A DNA stretch of 63,987 nt, filler included, from an uncultured bacterium (GTDB lineage Bacteria > Hinthialibacterota > Hinthialibacteria > Hinthialibacterales > Hinthialibacteraceae), in NCBI GenBank assembly GCA_964449065.1. It is 4 parts of 4 records of this genome, joined end to end, with 100 filler letters (N's around TTAATTAATTAA, not from the genome) between each part and the next. Parts side by side here need not be neighbours in the genome. Positions count along the whole stretch, not along the records: positions 16,509 to 32,882 come from CAYVAZ010000087.1; 3 more parts are not named here. The stretch is one strand, 5' to 3'. The position numbers were made by a program, and so were the translations under genes. This document shows positions 19,047-27,306 of the stretch, piece after piece; position 1 is the first letter of the stretch; each line of letters opens with the position of its first letter. Below the pieces are notes generated by a model. The model saw only the letters and a list, made by a program, of their open reading frames with translations, searched no databases and had not been told where the DNA came from.

Positions 19047-21596
19047 ATGAACATTCGTACCTTTTATGTAGCACCGCATTTGCCCAAAAACCTGCAAGCG
19101 CTCAACGATATCGCCATGAACTTGTGGTTTTGTTGGAACTGGGATGCCGTGCGTTTATTTATTCGTATAGACGCCCGAAAGTGGGAAGAATCCTACCAAA
19201 ACCCGGTCGCTTTTTTGGGTCGGGTTTCACAATCGCGCTTTAAAGAGTTGGAAAACGATGACAGTTTTGTGGCTGCGGTTGACAAGGTTCATAACGATTT
19301 GACCGAATATTTGCAGCGCAAAAAGTGGTTTCAAAAATCGCATTCCAATCTGGAAGAGATGTGTATCGCGTATTTTTCATGTGAATATGGATTGGATGAA
19401 GGGCTTCCCGTTTATTCCGGCGGATTGGGCGTATTGTCCGGCGATCACTTGAAGGCGACGTCGGATTTGGGGATTCCGCTGGTGGGTGTGGGGCTGCTCT
19501 ACCGCGAAGGATACTTTCGCCAGCGCCTGAATTCGGACGGTTGGCAGACTGAAGAATACCCGGAAAACGACTGGTATAACATGCCGGTCAAGCGCGTAAC
19601 CGATGATACCGGCACGCCCATTATTATTTCCGTCAAAATGGGTGAGGAAGACGTAAAAGCCCAAATTTGGAACGTGAAAGTGGGGCAGACCAAGCTGTAT
19701 CTGTTGGATACGAACTTTCCAGAAAACAGCAGCTGGGCGCGCGAAATCACCAACCGGCTTTATGGCGGCGACCGCGATATGCGGCTGCGGCAGGAACTGC
19801 TGCTTGGAATCGGCGGTGTACGGGCACTGCTAGCCATAGGTAAGCGTCCGACTGTGTATCACCTGAACGAAGGCCATTCCGCGTTTCTCATCTTGGAGCG
19901 AATTCGGATGTTGATGGGAAGCGAGCGCATGGATTTCGCGACCGCGCGTGAGTTGGTCATGGCGTCCAATGTGTTCACCACGCATACACCGGTTCCGGCC
20001 GGAAACGAACAATTCGATCCGGAACTGTTGAAACCGTATTTGGAAGGGATGGTGCATGAAATCGGCATTACGTGGGACGATTTTCTGCAATTCGGCCGCG
20101 CCCATCCGAAGGATACGCACGAGGCGTTTGGCATGACGGTGCTTGCATTACGCTTATCCTCCTTCTGCAACGGGGTCAGCAGACTGCACGGAACCGTCTC
20201 CCGGCACATGTGGAAGAAGATATGGGAAAAGGTGCCGGAGAAAGAGATCCCCATTACGCATGTTACCAATGGAATCCACACGCACACGTGGGTCAGCCAC
20301 GATATGAAGGATTTGTTTGAATCCTACTTTGGGCCGCGCTTCTCGCAAAGCCCGCAGGATATGAGCTTTTGGCAGCGCACCGATTCCATTCCCGACGCGG
20401 AACTTTGGCGTACCCATAACCAACGCCGCGAACGCTTGGTATTCTTTACCCGCAAACGGTTAAAACAGCAAATGGTGCGCCGCGGCGCGCCGGTTTCGGA
20501 TGTCAATTGGGCGGAAGAGGTGCTTGATCCGCTTGCTTTGACCATCGGTTTTGCCCGGCGCTTTGCCACCTACAAGCGTGCCACCCTGTTGTTTGAAGAT
20601 TTAGAACGGCTGCAAAAAATCCTCTGCAATTCTGAACGGCCGGTGCAGATTCTCTTCTCCGGGAAAGCGCATCCGCAAGACATTCCGGCGAAAGAGTTGA
20701 TCAAATCCATCATCCACATTATTCAAGAGCCGCCGTTCCGTTCGCGTATCGTATTTATTGAAGATTACGATATCAACGTGGCGCGTTATTTGGTGCAGGG
20801 TGTGGATGTGTGGCTGAACACGCCGAAACGGCCGTTAGAGGCATCCGGCACAAGCGGGATGAAAGCGGCTGTCAATGGCGCGCTGAACCTTAGTATTTTG
20901 GACGGTTGGTGGGATGAAGGCTACAGCCCGGAAACCGGCTGGGCGATTGGCAACGGATTCAGTTTTGAAAGCGAAGAAGAACGGAATCTTATTGAAAGCC
21001 GCGCCTTATACAATTGCATAGAAAACGAAGTGGTGCCGATGTTTTATAACCGGGATAACAACGATTTGCCGCGTACATGGATCAAGCGGATGAAAACCGC
21101 CATCCGCGAGCTGGGCAGCCAGTTTAGCACGCACCGCATGCTGCGGGAATATACCGAGAAACTTTACATCCCCGCGCACGAAGGCTGGAAACGCTTTAGC
21201 GCGGACGGAGGGAAATACGCGCAAGAGTTTGCTGAGTGGCGCAAGACTATAACCGGCGCATGGAAAGAGATTGAAATCGTCAACACAGAAATTCAATCCG
21301 GTGATGTGAAAGTAGGCGACTACATTCCTGTTAAAGTGGAAGTGAATACCGGCAATCTTCATCCCCGCGATGTTGTTGTTGAAGTGATGAGCGGGATGCT
21401 GGATTCGCATGGCGAAATGAAAGAGGAACAAATCTACCCGACCCAGCACCAAGGCTCAACCGAAAACGGGACCCACCTGTTTTCCATCAACATCCCCTGC
21501 GAAGAGAGCGGACAGCACGGGATCGCGGTTCGGGTACGCCCGCACCACCCGGATATGATCCGTCCGTTTGCGACGGATTGTGTGACGTGGGGGTAG
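19047..21596 (+). CDS. glgP: Alpha-glucan (glycogen) phosphorylase
   Basis: YSGGLGVLSGDHLK, HLNEGH, FARRFATYKRA, EASGTSGMK PLP site; GGAG before ATG 19047. Confidence 0.96.
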   Translation: MNIRTFYVAPHLPKNLQALNDIAMNLWFCWNWDAVRLFIRIDARKWEESYQNPVAFLGRVSQSRFKELENDDSFVAAVDKVHNDLTEYLQRKKWFQKSHSNLEEMCIAYFSCEYGLDEGLPVYSGGLGVLSGDHLKATSDLGIPLVGVGLLYREGYFRQRLNSDGWQTEEYPENDWYNMPVKRVTDDTGTPIIISVKMGEEDVKAQIWNVKVGQTKLYLLDTNFPENSSWAREITNRLYGGDRDMRLRQELLLGIGGVRALLAIGKRPTVYHLNEGHSAFLILERIRMLMGSERMDFATARELVMASNVFTTHTPVPAGNEQFDPELLKPYLEGMVHEIGITWDDFLQFGRAHPKDTHEAFGMTVLALRLSSFCNGVSRLHGTVSRHMWKKIWEKVPEKEIPITHVTNGIHTHTWVSHDMKDLFESYFGPRFSQSPQDMSFWQRTDSIPDAELWRTHNQRRERLVFFTRKRLKQQMVRRGAPVSDVNWAEEVLDPLALTIGFARRFATYKRATLLFEDLERLQKILCNSERPVQILFSGKAHPQDIPAKELIKSIIHIIQEPPFRSRIVFIEDYDINVARYLVQGVDVWLNTPKRPLEASGTSGMKAAVNGALNLSILDGWWDEGYSPETGWAIGNGFSFESEEERNLIESRALYNCIENEVVPMFYNRDNNDLPRTWIKRMKTAIRELGSQFSTHRMLREYTEKLYIPAHEGWKRFSADGGKYAQEFAEWRKTITGAWKEIEIVNTEIQSGDVKVGDYIPVKVEVNTGNLHPRDVVVEVMSGMLDSHGEMKEEQIYPTQHQGSTENGTHLFSINIPCEESGQHGIAVRVRPHHPDMIRPFATDCVTWG

Positions 21597-21606
21597 AGCA
21601 TTCAAT

Positions 21607-21723
21607 ATAGATGGGCAAGGTCTTCCTTTGCCCATCGGGGTTGCACGATAAGATGGGCGCAAAACGGCCCATGCTCATCTACTTGGTGTACATCCATGTA
21701 CCGGCGGGAAGCCGATGCTCCCC
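21607..21723. repeat. Inverted pair of GTAG-type REPs (REPIN-like) plus family D unit
   Basis: ATAGATGGGCAAGG..TTTGCCCATC (21607-21636) facing GATGGGCGC..GCTCATCTAC (21652-21682); then CATCCATGTACCGGCGGGAAGCCGATGCTCCCC. Confidence 0.6.
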
Positions 21724-21868
21724 GGCTATTCAACTTTGAAACGCTCTAAATAAACCGGCAAGTAAACTTTCATTGAATTTTAATCGATTTGAAACAATTT
21801 TCTGGAATAGTATGACAAATGGTATAGACTATCAAAAAAAAGAAACCCATCCAGTTTGGAGACGATGA

Positions 21869-22570
21869 ATGAATGCTATTCGTAACAGAGCGTTTACCCT
21901 GATCGAGCTACTGATTGTTGTAGCCATTATCGGGATTTTGGCGGCGATTGCCGTGCCTAACTTTTTGAACGCGCAAACCCGCGCAAAGGTATCCCGTAGT
22001 TTGGCGGATATGAAAGCCATACAAACTTCGGTGAAATTGTTCAGCACAGACCGGAACCTTTTTCCGGTAGACATTCGGGATGACGATACTGAAATCGGCC
22101 AGCAACGGATTCAAAATGAATTCAATGGAGTGGGTTGGAACGGGGGCGGCGGCAACCGCAACAACTTGGCGGTATTGTCTCCGTTAACTTCACCGATCTC
22201 GTATATGTCCAGTGTCCCCCGCTCTCCGTTCGCGCAAGCGCGTTTGTTTACCAACACCAGCGGGAACAACGAAGCTTTCGGCCGGGTTGGCAACGACGCC
22301 TATGCCTATTGGGATAACGATCCGCAAATCAAAGAACCGGCGGGCAACAATCATTTTGATTGGAACCTGGGCTTTGTCAGCAATTACCTGCCTAGTTTCA
22401 ATTCCGGTGATTTTATTTTGATTTCCTTCGGACCCGGTGCAGGTACTGACACTACGCTCAACTTCGGATTACCCTACCACACATCCAACGGACTCAACAG
22501 CGACGGTGAAATCTTTTTGACCAGTTATTCGCTGACCAATGAAAACGCGGTGTTTCGCCCGGATAATTAA
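21869..22570 (+). CDS. Solo prepilin-type N-terminal cleavage/methylation domain protein
   Basis: A/FTLIELLIVVAIIGILAAIAVPNFLNAQTRAK; LTSPISY; SFGP; SNGLNSDGEI. Confidence 0.88.
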   Translation: MNAIRNRAFTLIELLIVVAIIGILAAIAVPNFLNAQTRAKVSRSLADMKAIQTSVKLFSTDRNLFPVDIRDDDTEIGQQRIQNEFNGVGWNGGGGNRNNLAVLSPLTSPISYMSSVPRSPFAQARLFTNTSGNNEAFGRVGNDAYAYWDNDPQIKEPAGNNHFDWNLGFVSNYLPSFNSGDFILISFGPGAGTDTTLNFGLPYHTSNGLNSDGEIFLTSYSLTNENAVFRPDN

Positions 22571-22588
22571 CCCGTTGACGGATTCGCT

Positions 22589-22756
22589 GTAATAGGTCAG
22601 CCGCTTGAAGAGAAATTTCCCCTTCCAAAGGCGGGAGGGGTTAGGGGAGGGTTTGAAGCACTGAGCGTTTAACCCCCACCTAGCCTCCCCCATTGCATTG
22701 GGGGAGGAATCAGGGGCCTCTTTTTAATTTTTCACTTCACACCGCTGACCTGTTAC
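22589..22756. mobile_element. Family B MITE-like element
   Basis: TIRs GTAATAGGTCAG / CTGACCTGTTAC; internal CTCCCCCA-n6-TGGGGGAG hairpin; homolog at 42149-42323. Confidence 0.8.
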
Positions 22757-22786
22757 TACAAAGCAATTATTAAGGCATCATTTTTA

Positions 22787-23590
22787 TTATTTGATAAAAT
22801 CAGAAAAACAAATATCAAATTCTTTCTCTAAAAAACTGATGGTTTTGGGTTGTCCATCTAATGAGGCAATTACATGTGTTGTGGTATACAATCCTTCGTT
22901 AGATACCCACCTGGCATCTTCTCTCGACACAGATACCAACCAATCTACCACAGCGACGTGTTCAGACTTTTCATCATTTTCCGAATTGTCTGCCATGTTT
23001 TTACATCTCAAAGGTAAAGTGAGAAAAGGTTTTTGTTTTATCAATACTTCTCTTACTGGCCTAGCAGGTTGTAAAATTTTTGCGATGCCTACAAAACCTT
23101 TTCTTTTTAAATAAGCTGCAATTAGATCGCCTTTTTCCAAACCTAAAATAGATTTTCGAAACCGGTCACCTTGTCCGGCTGAAATAAAACCAAATTCTCT
23201 ATAATCATCCCAATTTCTGTGTATTCCTTCTCCTACGTTGTAATAAAAAAGAGCATTCTGATAATCAAATCCGGATAGATCTTTGTGTAAAGTGTCATGC
23301 GGCCTGAAATTATCGGCATAATGACCAGATGATATGTTTGTTAAATGTTTTCCTAATTTCCATAGTAAAGTTTTTTCAACTAAAAAAGCATCATGTTCTG
23401 ATAAATTTCGAGATATAACTCTAACAATAGGTGTTAGACCTTCTTTTTTAATTTTATTTATTCTTCTCGTTTTCTCAGAGTCTTTTTCATCATGCAAATG
23501 AGAATATTTTCTCGATCCTTTCCCTTTCCCATAATAGAACTCTTCAAAATTTCTGGGATCAATATATACGTATACATAGAAATCATTCAT
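22787..23590 (-). CDS. LEM-3-like GIY-YIG nuclease with C-terminal EVE/PUA-like domain
   Basis: FYVYVYIDPR..FYYGKGKGSR..H..E..LTN GIY-YIG pattern; visibly AT-rich versus neighbours. Confidence 0.8.
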   Translation of the reverse strand: MNDFYVYVYIDPRNFEEFYYGKGKGSRKYSHLHDEKDSEKTRRINKIKKEGLTPIVRVISRNLSEHDAFLVEKTLLWKLGKHLTNISSGHYADNFRPHDTLHKDLSGFDYQNALFYYNVGEGIHRNWDDYREFGFISAGQGDRFRKSILGLEKGDLIAAYLKRKGFVGIAKILQPARPVREVLIKQKPFLTLPLRCKNMADNSENDEKSEHVAVVDWLVSVSREDARWVSNEGLYTTTHVIASLDGQPKTISFLEKEFDICFSDFIK

Positions 23591-23638
23591 AATAACAATC
23601 GCCGTTTTTTTATTAGAGTATAATGAGGTAATTCAAAA

Positions 23639-24889
23639 ATGCCAAAGCCCATCACTTGCCTGCACATAGCCGATTTGCATTTTGGGATGGAGAACTATGG
23701 GTTCACCAATCCGAATACCGGCATGAACACGCGCCTGGAAGACTTTTCCAACAGCATGGCGCAGGTGGTGGATTATGCCGTCAACAACGCCGTCGATCTT
23801 GTGCTCTTTGCCGGAGATGCCTACAAACGCAATTCGCCCTCGCCGACCGAGCAGCGCGAGTTGGTCAAACACTTCATCGCGTTTGCCGACGCGGATATCC
23901 CGGTGGTGATGATCGCGGGCAACCATGATATCCCCGTGATGCAGGGCAAGGCCACCGCGGTCGATATTTTCAAAAAAATGCGCCCGGATCATTTTACCGT
24001 CTACAATACCCGACCCTCGATTGACCCGCCCATTATCGAGACCAAAAGCGGGCCCATCGGGGTGTGCTGTGTGCCCTTTTTAAGCCCCAGTTATTTTCGC
24101 ACCGCGGTTGATACCTCCGGCATGAAGCAGGAAGAGGCGATTGAGAACTATGTTGACCGCATCCACGGCATGATTGAAGACATGCCCAAGCAGCTGCCGG
24201 ATGATATCCCCAAAGTGCTGATGGCGCATTTTACCGCTTATGGAACCAAGCTGGGCGGGTATAAAGGAAGTCCCTTATTTACCGATGAAATTTCGGTTCA
24301 TCCCTCGGTGATGGCGAACTGCGGGTATGATTATGTGGCGCTGGGGCACATTCATCTGCATCAAAATCTGTCGCCTAACCCGGATGTTCCGGTGGTGTAC
24401 AGCGGCAGCATCGACCGTGTTGATTTCGGCGAGGCGGATGAAGACAAGGGCTTCATCATCGCATCCATTGAAAAGGGTGGATCCCAGTTCGATTACCACA
24501 CCACCAATGTACGCGAGATGATCCACATCCGCGCCGAAACCGAACGCGGCGGCGATATTACCGCGGCCATTCTGGATGAGATTCAAAAAGAGTCGCGGAG
24601 GATGGAAGGGGCCATTGTGCGCGTCACCTATACCGCCGACGACGATGAAGTCCACACGCTGGATATGAAGCGCATTCACGAAGAGCTGATGCCCGTCCAC
24701 TTTAAAGCGGGCTTTCACCGTGTGCCGCGAGAAAGCAGTCAAAAGCACCGCAGCCGCTCGCTTTCCACCGAAGTCACCCTTGCCGACGCCATGAACGCCT
24801 ATATAAATGAACACGAAGACTGGAAAGATGACAGCGAAGAGTTGTTGAAGCGCGCGCTGGAAATCGAGAAGAAAGTCAAAACGCCCTAA
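23639..24889 (+). CDS. sbcD: SbcD/Mre11-family nuclease subunit
   Basis: HIADLHFG, FAGDAY, AGNHD, LMAH, DYVALGHIH, YSGSIDRVDFGE. Confidence 0.9.
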   Translation: MPKPITCLHIADLHFGMENYGFTNPNTGMNTRLEDFSNSMAQVVDYAVNNAVDLVLFAGDAYKRNSPSPTEQRELVKHFIAFADADIPVVMIAGNHDIPVMQGKATAVDIFKKMRPDHFTVYNTRPSIDPPIIETKSGPIGVCCVPFLSPSYFRTAVDTSGMKQEEAIENYVDRIHGMIEDMPKQLPDDIPKVLMAHFTAYGTKLGGYKGSPLFTDEISVHPSVMANCGYDYVALGHIHLHQNLSPNPDVPVVYSGSIDRVDFGEADEDKGFIIASIEKGGSQFDYHTTNVREMIHIRAETERGGDITAAILDEIQKESRRMEGAIVRVTYTADDDEVHTLDMKRIHEELMPVHFKAGFHRVPRESSQKHRSRSLSTEVTLADAMNAYINEHEDWKDDSEELLKRALEIEKKVKTP

Positions 24890-24904
24890 CGTGCCTTAAA
24901 GTGT

Positions 24905-26026
24905 ATGTCTCAAACACTAACCAAAGAGTCTATCAAACAAACATGTTTGGATGCCGGTTTTGATGCGGTGGGGATCTCACGCCCCGTTCCGCAAACGTGG
25001 CATCTCTACGCCGAATGGATCGGCAACCAATATCATGGTGAGATGGGCTATCTGGAAAACCGGCTGGACGAACGCAAAGATCCATCCTCCGTCCTAGGAA
25101 CCAAGCCGGGCAGTTTGATCGTTGTCGCCAAGAATTATCTTACTGTGGATGAACCAAGAGATACATTTCATTCCCCTATTGTTTCCCGCTACGCGTGGGG
25201 TGGGGATTATCACCAATGGATGACCGAAAAAGGCCGTGATCTATGTGTTTGGCTGGAAACGGAATCGGCAGGAAACCATCAATTTCGCTGGTGTGTCGAT
25301 ACCGCCCCGGTGTTGGAGCGCGATTTTGCCGCCCAAGCGGGGATCGGATGGACCGGTAAGCATACCAACACGTTGAGCCGCATGTTGGGCAACTGGTTTT
25401 TTTTGGGGGCGATCATTACCACACTGCCGCTGGAGCCTGACCGCCCCGTGAAAGCCCATTGCGGCACGTGCACGCGATGTCTTGATTCATGCCCGACGGA
25501 CGCGTTTGTCTCGCCGTATGTGCTGGATGCCCGGCGCTGCATCTCCTATTTGACCATTGAACTGCGCGGGTCCATCCCCCGCGAGCTGCGTCCGCTGATC
25601 GGCCAACGTATTTTTGGGTGTGACGACTGTCTGGCAGTCTGCCCGTGGAACCGCTTTGCTTCGCCCACTGAAGATGATTTCTTTCGGCCGAGAGAAATTC
25701 TGCAAACCGCCGACCTTTTGCAACTGTTGCACATGACGAGAGACGAGTATCAACGTTGGTTTAAAGGCAGTCCGATCAAACGCGCTAAGTATGAGGGATT
25801 AAAGCGCAATGTCGCGGTGGCGTTGGGGAATACCAAAGACACAACCGTTCTGCCGGATTTGCAAGCCGCGTTGGGTGATGAAAGCGCTTTGGTTCGGGAG
25901 CATATCGTATGGGCGATAGGAAACATCGGCAGTGAAGATGCTTTCTATATTCTACAAACTCATAAAAAACAGGAAACAACGCCATCGGTGATTCATGAAA
26001 TTCAATGTTCATTGAACGCCGTGTAG
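24905..26026 (+). CDS. queG: tRNA epoxyqueuosine(34) reductase
   Basis: SRYAWGGDYH, VDTAPVLER, CGTCTRCLDSCP, RCISYLTIE, GCDDCLAVCPWN, HEAT tail. Confidence 0.95.
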   Translation: MSQTLTKESIKQTCLDAGFDAVGISRPVPQTWHLYAEWIGNQYHGEMGYLENRLDERKDPSSVLGTKPGSLIVVAKNYLTVDEPRDTFHSPIVSRYAWGGDYHQWMTEKGRDLCVWLETESAGNHQFRWCVDTAPVLERDFAAQAGIGWTGKHTNTLSRMLGNWFFLGAIITTLPLEPDRPVKAHCGTCTRCLDSCPTDAFVSPYVLDARRCISYLTIELRGSIPRELRPLIGQRIFGCDDCLAVCPWNRFASPTEDDFFRPREILQTADLLQLLHMTRDEYQRWFKGSPIKRAKYEGLKRNVAVALGNTKDTTVLPDLQAALGDESALVREHIVWAIGNIGSEDAFYILQTHKKQETTPSVIHEIQCSLNAV

Positions 26027-26086
26027 AAGAAGACTTTGAGTCCATCACCCCCACCACATTACGCATGGTTTGGAACAAGCCGGAAT

Positions 26087-27190
26087 TTACTCGTCACCGC
26101 CGTTAAACACTTCTTCGATGGGCGGTTCAACAGCGGGATTGTAGGATTTCCAATCGAGACCGAGGAATTTAATTAGGGTGGATGCGACGGATGCTTGATA
26201 GCGTTTGGTGGTGTTGGCCATCTCTCCCTTATTCGGAGTGTCAGGGCCGAAGACGGCGATCCAGATGTCTTCGGAGCCGGGGGTATCGATGTTGTGGTCG
26301 ATCCAGTTGTCCAGGGTGATACCGCGGCCGTGGTCGGTGGTGACGATAAAGGTGGTTTTGTCTTTGTACCGCTCCATAGATTGGCAGGCTTCCCACAAGA
26401 GTTTCACCGTGTGGTCGAAGTAGTTGGCGGCTTCGATGACGCGGTCGTAACGGCGGGCGTGCGCCCAGTCGTCGGTTTCTCCAACTGCAACATACAGTAG
26501 GCGCGGTTTAAATTTCTTCAGCCATTCCAAGGCCAAGTTTACGGTAACGGAATCGTGACGAACGGTATCCCACGGGGTGCGGATATGTTGCTGCACTTCG
26601 TTGTAGAGTTTCATGCGTTCGGTGGCGTACTTTTCAGGGACAGCCTCATAGCCCGCGTTGATGTAAAAGGAATCTTTCTCATTCGTGCAGATGGCGTTGA
26701 AGACGCTCCATGAGCAGAAGGCGGCGATTTGGGTGAAGCCAAGGTCGAGTTGTTCTTGGATGAAATCCATAGCGGTAGGAACCGGGCTTTGGATGGGCAT
26801 GTTGCTGACAATACGGGGCTGGGGCATCCCTGTTAAGAGTTCTGCATAGCTGGGGTAGGAGAACTGCAATTGGTTGCGCAGTTCGACCACGCTGCCTAAA
26901 TCTTGATTGCCTATGACAATTCCGTGGTTAATGAGTTCCTTCCAAAAGAAGGGGAAGAGGGTTTCGCGGCGTTCTTTGGGGGTATTGAACCAGAACTTGC
27001 CGCGCAGCGTGCTGACGTGTTCGATGCCGGATTTTTCTTTGTCGTTCAGAATCGTTTCATCCAGACCGCCGAAGAGTTCTTGGACGCGGAGACCGTCGAC
27101 CGTGATGAGAATGACGTTTTCGGTTTTGAGATTTTCGGCTTGGGTTGTCATGCAGCACAGCAGAAGGAGTAGTGCGAAGATTGAGCGCAT
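26087..27190 (-). CDS. Secreted alkaline phosphatase/phosphoglyceromutase-superfamily protein
   Basis: Signal peptide, ITVDGLR, FSYPSY, GETDDWAH, TTDHGRG. Confidence 0.82.
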   Translation of the reverse strand: MRSIFALLLLLCCMTTQAENLKTENVILITVDGLRVQELFGGLDETILNDKEKSGIEHVSTLRGKFWFNTPKERRETLFPFFWKELINHGIVIGNQDLGSVVELRNQLQFSYPSYAELLTGMPQPRIVSNMPIQSPVPTAMDFIQEQLDLGFTQIAAFCSWSVFNAICTNEKDSFYINAGYEAVPEKYATERMKLYNEVQQHIRTPWDTVRHDSVTVNLALEWLKKFKPRLLYVAVGETDDWAHARRYDRVIEAANYFDHTVKLLWEACQSMERYKDKTTFIVTTDHGRGITLDNWIDHNIDTPGSEDIWIAVFGPDTPNKGEMANTTKRYQASVASTLIKFLGLDWKSYNPAVEPPIEEVFNGGDE

Positions 27191-27212
27191 AATAGATGTC
27201 CTTTCAACGTAT

Positions 27213-27287
27213 CAGAGCAATTCAGGGTTGAGTAGATAGATTAAGTTGTTTTTTTGATCCCCCCTACCCCCCTTCAGTAAGGGGGGC
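27213..27287. mobile_element. Family A element (type 2 end + core)
   Basis: AGAGCAATTCAGGGTTGAGTAGATAGA..GATCCCCCCTACCCCCCTTCAGTAAGGGGGG; inverse of 34179-34250. Confidence 0.7.
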
Positions 27288-27306
27288 TCAATTTTTGCAT
27301 ATTGGT

